Shown: positions 1 to 8,297 of the stretch, piece by piece
Numbering within the stretch: position 1 is the first letter of the stretch
How the letters are laid out: the number at the start of each line of letters is the position of its first letter
Virus record (IMG/VR): IMGVR_UViG_3300036861_000232
Coordinates: 188-64,187 of that record
Length of the DNA: 64,000 nt
From: a virus
Taxonomy: Duplodnaviria; Caudoviricetes
Reading direction: 5' to 3' (one strand)
The notes under the pieces: model-generated
Told to the model about the DNA's origin: nothing
The model's database searches: none
The model's input: the letters and a program-made list of their open reading frames with translations, nothing else
Program-made: the position numbers and the translations under genes

Positions 1-1
1 C

Positions 2-265
2 TGGAAAGTACCGCTGCAGTTCTTGAGCGAGGACGCTACAGACTTCATCATCACATTCCCCTCGGTTAAAGACTTGCCGGGCAATGCCGCTAACTTTGTC
101 GATACCAGCCCCGGCGGCTCAGGTTTGCATCTGCAATTCAAATTTCCCAAGTCGCAAGCCATGCCGACGCCGCACATTGATGTCGATGATCCGGATGACA
201 GCGGCTTCCATGCCTGCATCTGGGGCGGCAAGCCACGGTGCTTTTTCTATCCCACAAACGCATGA
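2..265 (+). CDS. 5'-truncated Cys-containing phage protein
   Basis: Frame is open from base 2. C-terminus PDDSGFHACIW...RCFFYP resembles small secreted alphaproteobacterial phage proteins. Confidence 0.55.
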   Translation, partial: WKVPLQFLSEDATDFIITFPSVKDLPGNAANFVDTSPGGSGLHLQFKFPKSQAMPTPHIDVDDPDDSGFHACIWGGKPRCFFYPTNA

Positions 266-272
266 GATGCCG

Positions 273-425
273 ATGAGCTTGTTCTGGTACCGCATATTTC
301 CACATTATAAATCCCATAATCAATGGTTTTGGCAACACTATAGGGGTGCGCAAGATTTTGAGCGTCATGCGCCATTCTCTTATTTCCGCAAGTGGCTGCA
401 TGAAAAATCTTGTGATGGATGTTGA
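273..425 (+). CDS. 50-aa aromatic-rich peptide, copy A
   Basis: MSLFWYRIFPHYKSHNQWFWQHY...CDGC; 38/50 identical to 3268..3420. Confidence 0.75.
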   Translation: MSLFWYRIFPHYKSHNQWFWQHYRGAQDFERHAPFSYFRKWLHEKSCDGC

Positions 426-878
426 GCAATGAATTGTCTCAGATGGATTAGATGTCTCTGGCGTGGGCATAGATGGCAAGCGCTTGAGCCGCCATTAGAT
501 GTTGATTGGGACCTTTATCCCTATACGCCGATGAGCATTTGTCTAGATTGTGGAGCAATATCGCAATGAGTGAGTACGACGAATATTTCAAGATCGCCGG
601 TGGAATAATCGGCATTATCAATATTGTTGTTGCCGCCGCTGTCGTGCTGTTGTTCATCGGCTGGTTGGCTGGCGTTTCATTCCTGCAATGACATGACCGC
701 CAAAATCCACATCTTCCCCGGCGATTATAATCTCATTCGTTGCACGGGGAAGAACGGCGAGACTTGGTTCCGCCGGATTCCGCGTCATCCAAAACCGCCA
801 GAACCGTGTCAGCGCAACAAGCCGACATCACGCGCCAAGATCATCAGCAATCAGTTCAGTCCAGACAAGAGGCCTTAA

Positions 879-1436
879 GTGAAATCAAATTATGAAGCTG
901 TAGCCGACCTGATCTTTCTCAAGGAAGGCGGTTATGCCGAGCGCGATTCAGAGCCGGGTGGCGCCGTCAATATGGGTATCTCCTTTACCGCCTTCAAAGA
1001 CTGGTGGGCGAAGCACAAGAAAACCGGCGAGCCGACCTGGGCCGATCTCAAAGCCCTGACCCGCGAGCAGGCAGAAGAAATCTATCGTGATTGGTTCTTT
1101 ACTCCCATCCACTTCAATGTGCTGCCCTATGGCGTCGATTACGCATTGGTCGATCTGGTGGTCAATTCCGGCGTCGGTGGCGGTCTGCGTGCCCTGCAGA
1201 AGCATTTGGGCTTCGATGTCACTGGCAAGATCGACACCAACACAGCTCCCGGTGCTCAATTCCTGTGGGCGCTGAAAACCCGCAATCCCGATGACATGAT
1301 CGACAAGATTTGCGATGCGCGTCTGGAACTCATGCGCTCATCGCACAAATGGGAGCGATGGAAGCATAATTGGGAACCCCGCGTTGCTTGGGTGCGCGAG
1401 CGGGCGCACAAGATGGCGGAACGGGGTGGCACGTAA
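879..1436 (+). CDS. Endolysin, glycoside hydrolase family 108 (TtsA-like muramidase)
   Basis: N-terminal EGGY...GG.VNMGI motif and D..VNSG...LQ motif. Confidence 0.88.
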   Translation: MKSNYEAVADLIFLKEGGYAERDSEPGGAVNMGISFTAFKDWWAKHKKTGEPTWADLKALTREQAEEIYRDWFFTPIHFNVLPYGVDYALVDLVVNSGVGGGLRALQKHLGFDVTGKIDTNTAPGAQFLWALKTRNPDDMIDKICDARLELMRSSHKWERWKHNWEPRVAWVRERAHKMAERGGT

Positions 1437-1547
1437 TGGAGATATTATTCGTATTTTATTTGGCATTTCAGCTTGGTTTCTTTGTGGCCCTGATCTTCGT
1501 TGGAAAGGGCTGGATCACTGTAACCAAAAACAAGAAAGACGTGATAA

Positions 1548-2141
1548 GTGACAATTGCTCCGCTCAAGATCGGCTACACACCAGCTGAGTTTCAACACTA
1601 CTGCGAGACCGAACTGCCCAAGCGGATGAAAGCATGGCGGCCGCGCGGCTGTGTTCTGCATAACACGTTCAATCCGAACCTGAAGCAGGTCGAGCATTAC
1701 ATCGCCAGCGGCAAGTGGCGATTCGACCAGTTGATCGAGAACTGGTGGACGCGTTATCGCCAGCTCGGCTGGTATTCCGGCCCGCATCTGTTTGTCATGC
1801 CCGACCGGATATGGGTGGCAACGCCCTTATGGATACGCGGCACTCATTCGCCAAGCTACAATGCAACATTCTGGGGGGTCGAGCTCGTCGGCGATTACGA
1901 TACGGAACAGTTGCCAGAGCCTCTAAGGAGCAATGCCGTTCACGCCATGGCCTGTCTCTACGCCATGCTCGGCCATGAGCCGACACCAGAGAACTTCAAG
2001 TTTCATGGTGAAGACCCGCGCACCTTGCATAAGAATTGTCCCGGCCGCGCCGTTCATCCGAAAGTCTGGTGGGACGTAGCAATCGAGAAGCGCATGGCCG
2101 AACTGCATCCCGGTGAAGATCACGAAGCAATCGTGGCATGA
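1548..2141 (+). CDS. N-acetylmuramoyl-L-alanine amidase (Amidase_2/PGRP-like)
   Basis: VLHNT, GPHLFV, GVELVGDYD, H...KNCPG Zn-amidase motifs. Confidence 0.85.
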   Translation: MTIAPLKIGYTPAEFQHYCETELPKRMKAWRPRGCVLHNTFNPNLKQVEHYIASGKWRFDQLIENWWTRYRQLGWYSGPHLFVMPDRIWVATPLWIRGTHSPSYNATFWGVELVGDYDTEQLPEPLRSNAVHAMACLYAMLGHEPTPENFKFHGEDPRTLHKNCPGRAVHPKVWWDVAIEKRMAELHPGEDHEAIVA

Positions 2142-2615
2142 AGAATTGAGGAACGAATGATCATGATCAACGCAATCTACAACCGCTCAAGCCAGTGCAA
2201 CAAATGCGGTGAGCGCGATGCCACGACGCAATGGCTTGGGGCCGAGCCGGAGCTGATGCAGCGGCGATGCCGCAACTGCGATTATGTGTGGCTGGAGCGG
2301 CCGCGCGATAGTGAAGAGGGAAGCGATGTTGCGTAAACTTGTTTATGAACTCATTACCGCATGGGAAAAGGAATTCGATATAATTGATCACAAGGAGGAA
2401 GAAGAGGAATCCACGCTCGTCTATATGAACACCGAGAGTGAAGTTGTGGGATCAAGTTCCTCGCTGACTTATGGTCATTTTCGCAGGCTAAGGGAAGTTC
2501 TCAAAGAAAATTGCGATGCTCAATATGGTGAGCCTGTGTGGCCTGACCGCCAAGGGGCGGATGATGATTAACCCGCGCTCAGCGGCTCTGAGCAAATCCC
2601 AAATGGAGAATTGAA

Positions 2616-2849
2616 ATGACTTTGCGTAGTATGTTTAATCCCGCTTCAAAGACATTCTGGCTTGGTTTTGCTATGGTCATAGCCGGTTTCTTTAAGTTGC
2701 TCGGGCTTGATATCCCGGTTTTGGCTGATCTGATCAACAGCATCTACCCGAATATGGATGGTGGCAGTTTGATATCGGCTGGATTTGCGCTGCTCTTTGT
2801 GCGTGATGCTGTCGCTAAAGTTGCGACTGCGACTCCATCAAAAAACTAA
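2616..2849 (+). CDS. Putative holin
   Basis: 77 aa with two hydrophobic segments and an SKTFW N-terminal motif; GGAG RBS; lies in the lysis cluster. Confidence 0.7.
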   Translation: MTLRSMFNPASKTFWLGFAMVIAGFFKLLGLDIPVLADLINSIYPNMDGGSLISAGFALLFVRDAVAKVATATPSKN

Positions 2850-3040
2850 TGCCCGCCGACATCGCCGGTCTGCCAGTCAAGTGTAAGTATAAGGACGGCA
2901 GAGTGACCATTGTCGGTGTGGATCAGGCAGGCAATACCGTCACTGTCATTCTCAGTATTTCATCCGGCGAGCTATGGAAGATGTATCAAGGAGAAAAGGG
3001 CCAAGGGATGCTATCGCAGACGATTGAGAAAGGTTAAATC

Positions 3041-3271
3041 ATGACCTATCTTTATTATGCTGGCGGTCTCGCCGCTGTCGTTCTTCTTGTCTATCTCAGC
3101 TGGCGGTTCATGTGGCGCAAGGCCGAGGACTTGGGCGCAGCCGAACAACAGGCTGATTCTGCCGAAGATGCTCGTGAGGTCGAACGCAAAATGGCGCAGG
3201 CACAGGCGAATCGAAAGACCGCCAAGGAATATGTCGAATGGGCGCGCAAGCAGGGGGAGGGCAAGGAATGA
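3041..3271 (+). CDS. Putative i-spanin (Rz-like)
   Basis: N-terminal TM helix followed by an Ala/Gln/Glu-rich coiled coil; downstream of the holin. Confidence 0.6.
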   Translation: MTYLYYAGGLAAVVLLVYLSWRFMWRKAEDLGAAEQQADSAEDAREVERKMAQAQANRKTAKEYVEWARKQGEGKE

Positions 3272-3420
3272 GCCTATTCTGGTATCGGATATTCCCGCAT
3301 TATAAATCTCATAACCAATGGTTTTGGCAACACTATAGCGGGGCGCAAAACTACAACCGACGCTCACCATGGTCTGATATCGGAAAATGGTGGCACGAGA
3401 AATTCTGCGATGGATGCTAA
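3268..3420 (+). CDS. 50-aa aromatic-rich peptide, copy B
   Basis: ATGA-coupled to the upstream gene; paralog of 273..425. Confidence 0.75.
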   Translation: MSLFWYRIFPHYKSHNQWFWQHYSGAQNYNRRSPWSDIGKWWHEKFCDGC

Positions 3421-3424
3421 AAAA

Positions 3425-3682
3425 ATGAAACGATTTCTACTTTTCCCCGCCCTGTCCGTTGTGCTTATGGCCGGCATGTGCGACCGCCAAACAAGCCAAA
3501 TTACTTGCCCGTCCTCGCATGAGCATCCGGCGGAATTTTGGACTCAGGTAGCCGTCGAGGCCGAAAAGATCATGGATACATCACCAGCAATCATGATCCT
3601 ACTGGACGAAAACCGCGTGAATGAGGAAGCGATTAGAATCTGCATCCGCGCGCTGAAGAATAAAGGCAAGAAGAAATCCTGA
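3425..3682 (+). CDS. Putative o-spanin lipoprotein (Rz1-like)
   Basis: Signal peptide MKRFLLFPALSVVLMAGM-C with a lipobox-like Cys and further Cys residues. Confidence 0.55.
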   Translation: MKRFLLFPALSVVLMAGMCDRQTSQITCPSSHEHPAEFWTQVAVEAEKIMDTSPAIMILLDENRVNEEAIRICIRALKNKGKKKS

Positions 3683-3922
3683 TCACTCCCCCTTATCGGC
3701 TTGGAGGGCGGTCCTAGCAATTTCATTTGTTAGATCAAGCGCTCTCCGAACCCTGCATGGATTAATTTCTGCTGAGCTGTATTCTATATGCTCCAGTGCC
3801 TCACGCAGTCGCTTTATTTCAGCTTGCAGGAATTGAATAGCGTCAAAATCCTTGCCTTCCTGCTCTTTAGCAAGAGCTTCAGCCCAACCAACTGCGTAGC
3901 CCTTTTCATAATCTTCATTCAT
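3683..3922 (-). CDS. Hypothetical protein ending LQADKGE
   Basis: ATG preceded by GGGGGAG RBS; C-terminus shared with 3924..4181. Confidence 0.65.
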   Translation of the reverse strand: MNEDYEKGYAVGWAEALAKEQEGKDFDAIQFLQAEIKRLREALEHIEYSSAEINPCRVRRALDLTNEIARTALQADKGE

Positions 3923-3923
3923 T

Positions 3924-4181
3924 TTACTCCCCCTTGTCGGCTTGGAGGGAACGGAGGGTGGTGCGGGCCCGTTCGCCCCAATCTTCTGTGTGAGTATTTG
4001 GAAATGCATAAAACTCCAGCGCCTCTCTCGCTTGTGCGAGTTGGGAGCGGAGGGTGGTGATAGCGGCAATAGTTTCATTTAACAGCCGTTGCATTGCCCC
4101 GCCTTCAAACTCCAAGTCGCTCAGGACTTGTAATTCGAGCAAGATTTTGTTTGCCAACTCCTCTGCTGTTTCTTCAGTCAT
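3924..4181 (-). CDS. Hypothetical protein ending LQADKGE
   Basis: ATGA-coupled start with GGAGAGG RBS. Confidence 0.65.
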   Translation of the reverse strand: MTEETAEELANKILLELQVLSDLEFEGGAMQRLLNETIAAITTLRSQLAQAREALEFYAFPNTHTEDWGERARTTLRSLQADKGE

Positions 4182-4330
4182 ACAATCCTCTCCTTGCCGC
4201 AGCGCTCGCAGCGCTCAATTGTTAGCGAGGCCCATTGCCCCTTATAGTCGCTGTAGACACCTATGAGACGCTGACCGGTTTGTCCCACGGCTTGCCAGCG
4301 ATGACCGAACAAGCAAAGCAGCGCCCTCAT
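4178..4330 (-). CDS. 50-aa DUF1660-like Zn-ribbon peptide
   Basis: Manual translation MRALLCLFGHRW...CERCGKERIV; ATGA overlaps at both ends. Confidence 0.6.
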   Translation of the reverse strand: MRALLCLFGHRWQAVGQTGQRLIGVYSDYKGQWASLTIERCERCGKERIV

Positions 4331-4499
4331 CTAATCAATTCCCCTTTCGACTTGGCGCCTGACTTCCGCCGCTTAATTACGTAGCCGTAGTATTCAAGTG
4401 TTTCGATAAAGCCCTTCACGCCGTTGAAGTAAGCATCAACCATGGCAACCCCGATTGCATCTTCAATGCTCATTGGCCCCGGTTTTTGAGGAAGGCCGT

Positions 4500-4964
4500 T
4501 CATCCACATCTCCTTAAAAACTTCCCCGCATAATCCCCTCTCATCGTCATGAGCTTTCTGCTCAGCCCGCCCCTGTCCCTGATCCACCTTCTTACCCACT
4601 CCGGATAATGATTCATCATGTAGGCTGTCGCCCCTGGCTTGGTCGCCGCGTGAAACATAAAATACGCTCCCCTGCCGATGCAGATATTGTCGAGCGCCAG
4701 ATAGAGCGTACAGGCGGAAGCGCAGCGGCCCAGAATCTTCACCGGTTCTCCACTCGCCTTCAATTTGGCCGTCTGCAGGGCGTATTCGAGGACATAGCCA
4801 CCGTCACTGTTGCGGATGGTGTGATCGGTGGCGCAGGCAGTAAGGGCGAGGCAGCACAGGACCGCCCCGCCCAAGCTACGAAGGGTATTCACCCGGCTTA
4901 TCGATAAGTCCGCGTCTCGTCTGGCATCACCTTCCTTTCTGTTTCTGACGGGGAGGCGGGTCAT
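4500..4964 (-). CDS. Lipoprotein with ClpP/crotonase-like motif
   Basis: Lipobox LALTA-C; ILGRCASACTLYL...FMFH motif. The true start may be internal. Confidence 0.6.
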   Translation of the reverse strand: MTRLPVRNRKEGDARRDADLSISRVNTLRSLGGAVLCCLALTACATDHTIRNSDGGYVLEYALQTAKLKASGEPVKILGRCASACTLYLALDNICIGRGAYFMFHAATKPGATAYMMNHYPEWVRRWIRDRGGLSRKLMTMRGDYAGKFLRRCG

Positions 4965-5155
4965 GGGATGCGAAACACCTCTAGCCCCAAATCTTCTTCT
5001 TTCTCTGGTGGGTTGGCCTCGTGGTAGGCGTTCACGGCTGCAGTTTGAAGTTCATCCACGGCACGTTGCGCTTCTGGCGTGAGATAGGATTTTGCTGGCA
5101 TCAACAGAGCCAAAACCATGGCGCTCTCATACGAAATCTGAATAAGTTTGCTCAT
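4961..5155 (-). CDS. Hypothetical protein
   Basis: ATGA-coupled at both ends. Confidence 0.55.
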   Translation of the reverse strand: MSKLIQISYESAMVLALLMPAKSYLTPEAQRAVDELQTAAVNAYHEANPPEKEEDLGLEVFRIP

Positions 5156-5304
5156 CTTCCTGCCATCATGTCCTTGATGATAGAACGCAGGTCATGAATG
5201 ATCGTTGTTGTTTCGGGGAGGGCGTGAGCGGCCAAAATGCTGTCCAGATACGCAAGAAGTTTTTTGAGATTGCGACGCTCGGCGATGACGGGGAGGCGGG
5301 TCAT
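5152..5304 (-). CDS. 50-aa hypothetical protein (MTRLPVIAERRN...)
   Basis: Manual translation; stop overlaps the next ATG. Confidence 0.55.
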   Translation of the reverse strand: MTRLPVIAERRNLKKLLAYLDSILAAHALPETTTIIHDLRSIIKDMMAGR

Positions 5305-5305
5305 G

Positions 5306-5455
5306 CTAGTCTGGCCCCTTCACGACATAGCCGCATGTCGGGCACTTCCAGACAGAACCGCCCTCACCATATTTGATGTCTTCGGGCTTGCAGCACTTCC
5401 CCAATAGACAGCGCAGGCCGAACCAACTGGCTATGGCCACATAGAGGTGAGTCAT
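5306..5455 (-). CDS. Small Zn-ribbon protein
   Basis: MTHLYVAIASWFGLRC...WKCPTCG; ATGA-coupled start. Confidence 0.55.
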   Translation of the reverse strand: MTHLYVAIASWFGLRCLLGKCCKPEDIKYGEGGSVWKCPTCGYVVKGPD

Positions 5456-5637
5456 AGTTCGCCGTGCCATCGTTCCCACAGCCAATCGTTCCAACCGATG
5501 AACTGTGCTTTGCGTCCGTGCCCATCGCGCCATCCAGTCAGACGTTTCCATAGAAACGGAAAGACGCCCCAATAGTAAGGAAGCGGAATTGCAGGTTCCC
5601 ATCGGTCTGTTTCCGAATTGAACTGCTCTGCGCTCAT
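5452..5637 (-). CDS. Hypothetical Trp-rich protein
   Basis: GGAGGGGGGAG RBS; ATGA overlaps. Confidence 0.55.
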   Translation of the reverse strand: MSAEQFNSETDRWEPAIPLPYYWGVFPFLWKRLTGWRDGHGRKAQFIGWNDWLWERWHGEL

Positions 5638-5792
5638 CTCCCCCCTCCATACGCAGTAGCGCAGGTGGGGAGAGGGCGACCTAAAAGCTCACTGAGGCCA
5701 TCAAATCGCGGCCAATAAAACGGCTTGCCGTCAAGCCCGTAGCGCCAATGTTCCGGCAATGGTTCCGGTGTTTTGAGGGGGATGTCAGTCAT
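5634..5792 (-). CDS. 52-aa hypothetical protein (MTDIPLKTPE...)
   Basis: Manual translation; stop coupled to the 5637 start. Confidence 0.45.
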   Translation of the reverse strand: MTDIPLKTPEPLPEHWRYGLDGKPFYWPRFDGLSELLGRPLPTCATAYGGGR

Positions 5793-5825
5793 GTTGCTCA
5801 TACGCAGTGGTGCAGGCGGGGAGGG

Positions 5826-6014
5826 TCATGTGCGTGAGTTCCATTCAAACCAATCTTCAGTAAAATGCAGCCCGCGCAGTGGGCCGCGTGCCTCGCATCT
5901 CCGGCATTTCTGCCAAACAGATTCAGCGTCTCTACATGAAACGATGTCGGAGCTTCCGCAGAACGGACACGGCCTAAGTAGCGGGCCGTCGTAAACCTCG
6001 TTGCGCTCGCTCAT
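5826..6014 (-). CDS. Lar-family restriction alleviation protein
   Basis: LRPCPFCGS...CRRCEARGP...WNSR, the Lar family signature. Confidence 0.75.
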   Translation of the reverse strand: MSERNEVYDGPLLRPCPFCGSSDIVSCRDAESVWQKCRRCEARGPLRGLHFTEDWFEWNSRT

Positions 6015-6269
6015 TGCCTTGGCCCAAGGTTGGCCCAAGATCGGCGTGAACCGATCAAGTCCGTAACGCGAACGGATGGAGCGATTATCGTTGATTTTGT
6101 TGGAGAAAAGGCGGTTGCTCTACCCCTGATGGGCAGTCGCAACACACTTACAACCTGACGCCATAGCCTATTTAACTCCTTGAAAAATTGACTGATTCTG
6201 TTAATTTCTGATCTGGGTACATTTCCCTGAGCCGCTAATTGGTCGTAGGTTGTCCAGAGTTGAGAGGTT
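6015..6269. other. Candidate attP region
   Basis: AT-richer intergenic gap near int; tandem TTGGCCCAAG repeats at 6019-6028 and 6030-6039; IHF-like site near 6172-6185. Confidence 0.4.
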
Positions 6270-6785
6270 GTGTTGAACCCTAAGAAACCACCTAGGATAT
6301 ATTGTCGCCGCCGCAAGGGTCGAGAACCTGTACTGTGCATCATCGATGGTAGCAAGGAAATCTCTCTCAAGACAATGGACATGGACGCGGCTAAGAAACT
6401 TCTGGAGGCATACGCCACACCCCACAAGAGGCAGTTCGCCAAGTTCCGTCCATACCGCCATAGAACAAAGCTCCAGCGCGGCAATGGATATTGCAAGCTA
6501 TATATTATCGAAATGCTTGCCGAGGATCGGCCTGTCAAAGTCGGCATTGCCACTGATGTCCGTGGACGGCTCTGGAATATGCAGTGCAACACCCCCTTTG
6601 AAGTTCGGATAATAGCAACTGCCGATGCCCACCACACCTTGGAGGAAACACTACATAAGTTTTTGGCAGAGGATCGGATCAGGGGCGAATGGTTCCGCCG
6701 TTCGCCTAGAGTCAATGGACTCATCGAAGCTATCAATTCCGATCGCATCGTTGCCTATCTTTCTGATCAGTTTTTAGCGGCCTGA
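6270..6785 (+). CDS. Integrase-N-terminal-domain / GIY-YIG (T5orf172/MUG113-like) fusion
   Basis: First 32 aa are 21/32 identical to the Int N-terminus; C-terminal LYII...VKVG...RL..MQ...E..LH...GEWF. Confidence 0.82.
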   Translation: MLNPKKPPRIYCRRRKGREPVLCIIDGSKEISLKTMDMDAAKKLLEAYATPHKRQFAKFRPYRHRTKLQRGNGYCKLYIIEMLAEDRPVKVGIATDVRGRLWNMQCNTPFEVRIIATADAHHTLEETLHKFLAEDRIRGEWFRRSPRVNGLIEAINSDRIVAYLSDQFLAA

Positions 6786-6847
6786 AGCTCACGCCCTTCT
6801 CCTATTTGTCATCTGGGTTGGTCTCTGTGCCCGATGAACAACCCTAT

Positions 6848-7078
6848 TCATGCCTTTCTCCTACCCCACAGATTGCGAACAGCGCAAACAAGCGGAACAA
6901 AAATGCGAGAGGCAGGGTTGTCTGGGATAGTTGCCATAAGCTCACCATTATATGTCGCCCAAGCGAGGGCCTTTAATCGTTCTTTTGCATCTTCCGGCGA
7001 CTCCGCCTTGAGATCAAAACCCCATATCGCATTTTTGTAGCGATAGGAGAACAGGTAGGTTTTGAACTGATCGCTCAC
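6848..7078 (-). CDS. Hypothetical protein
   Basis: GTGA-coupled start with AGGAG RBS; ends RRKA like the integrase. Confidence 0.7.
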   Translation of the reverse strand: MSDQFKTYLFSYRYKNAIWGFDLKAESPEDAKERLKALAWATYNGELMATIPDNPASRIFVPLVCAVRNLWGRRKA

Positions 7079-7242
7079 GCCCTTCTCCTATTCAGTTCTT
7101 CTTCAAGCCGCTCTGTCAGATCGTGGACCTCGGCTTGCGCCCTGCGCAACCGTCGGCGTAACGTCTCGATCTCGCAATATCGGCAATAGGCTTCTGAGTG
7201 AAGTGGGACACTGTGTTCGCAATAATAATCGTTGTAACTCAT
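7075..7242 (-). CDS. 55-aa Cys/His and coiled-coil protein
   Basis: Manual translation MSYNDYYCEHSV...CRYC...NRRRA; coupled to the int stop. Confidence 0.65.
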   Translation of the reverse strand: MSYNDYYCEHSVPLHSEAYCRYCEIETLRRRLRRAQAEVHDLTERLEEELNRRRA

Positions 7243-8297
7243 GCCTTTCTCCTTACTTCCAGCTCGATACGGTGATGCGCATAAGTCTTTTCCACTTCAT
7301 GCGTCGTTGCACCGATCAGTTTTGCCACGTCCCACAGAGATTTCCCGGCCCACAAATTCCAACTTGCGCAGGTGTGCCGCAAAACGTGAGGCGTATACTC
7401 CGGTGACAGCCCAGCATCCCTGACCACTTTGGCAAAATCTCTGGCTAGGGTTTGAAATTTGATGGGGTGGCCTTGATGGTGGATAACGCAGTATGGTCCT
7501 CGACCAGCATCATTTCGTTGCCATCGTAAAAGGTGAGAAAGTAGCCTTTGGCTTGGGCGTATAGGAGGACGGCGTTTAGAAGTCTCCCGCTCGGCACTCC
7601 CTTTCCGGTAGATGACGCCTCTCTCAAGATCGACATAACCTCCTGTAAGAGCAGCTGTCCACTGTAGTCCAAGGATGGCCCCCCTACGGGTCCCCGTGTA
7701 GAGCCCGATGAGGATGAATCTTGCGACATAGTCCAGTCTCCTTTTCCTGCAAGCCCTAAGCATCTTGGCAATATCCGACCGCTCGAAACATAACAGCCGT
7801 GGCGGCCCTTCCGGCGGCAGTGTCACCTTGGGCATGGCCAGGCCTGTCGGGCATTCACGACCCCAGTAGTTAATAGCAGCGGCCAACGTCTTCAGCTCTC
7901 GTCTGGCGGTGGCAGGCTTGCAGCCATCTTCAACACGCGCTGCCGCATATCCTCTAGAGTATCGGCCAGTGACATCAGCGAGCGTTTTATCTCTCCAATA
8001 TCGGGATAGCGCCGAAATATGGTACCCAATTGTTCCTGCACTAGGCCGTGCAGGTGCGACATCTGTTCCATAGAGTTGTAATACCTCCATTATCGAGACT
8101 TCATTGAGACTACGTTTTGATGTGTCCGGCCTTTGGTTGTGGGCAAGCCATTCCGAGAAGGCTTTTTCAGCTCCTGCGTAATCGTGCTCAAGGCAAGCTG
8201 TGCTGATTTCCTTCGCTCCGCTAAGGATAACCCATGTGGGCTCTCTGCCTTTGCGTTTCCTGAGATAGAGCCTTGCGGGTTTCTTTGGATTCGACAT
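7239..8297 (-). CDS. int: Tyrosine integrase
   Basis: YTGTR (catalytic R), HVLRH (H-x-x-R) and C-terminal KTY catalytic Tyr. Confidence 0.95.
   Translation of the reverse strand: MSNPKKPARLYLRKRKGREPTWVILSGAKEISTACLEHDYAGAEKAFSEWLAHNQRPDTSKRSLNEVSIMEVLQLYGTDVAPARPSAGTIGYHISALSRYWRDKTLADVTGRYSRGYAAARVEDGCKPATARRELKTLAAAINYWGRECPTGLAMPKVTLPPEGPPRLLCFERSDIAKMLRACRKRRLDYVARFILIGLYTGTRRGAILGLQWTAALTGGYVDLERGVIYRKGSAERETSKRRPPIRPSQRLLSHLLRWQRNDAGRGPYCVIHHQGHPIKFQTLARDFAKVVRDAGLSPEYTPHVLRHTCASWNLWAGKSLWDVAKLIGATTHEVEKTYAHHRIELEVRRKA

Noticed and set aside
273-3420. Paralogous 153-bp pair as a DGR template/variable repeat
   Set aside because: Differences are not confined to adenines and are largely synonymous in the 5' half; no reverse transcriptase is present in the window.
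4178-5304. Several unrelated ORFs of exactly 50 codons
   Set aside because: Probably coincidence given the many tiny ORFs; neighbouring ORFs range from 49 to 85 aa.
6100-6135. Complete tRNA gene
   Set aside because: Only a ~22-nt tRNA-like segment is present, with no acceptor stem or T-arm.
6011-6748. 245-aa minus-strand ORF
   Set aside because: It is antisense to the motif-bearing GIY-YIG gene and crosses the non-coding candidate att region.
8090-8297. Long xis/int overlap as an anomaly
   Set aside because: This arrangement is familiar in alphaproteobacterial prophages.
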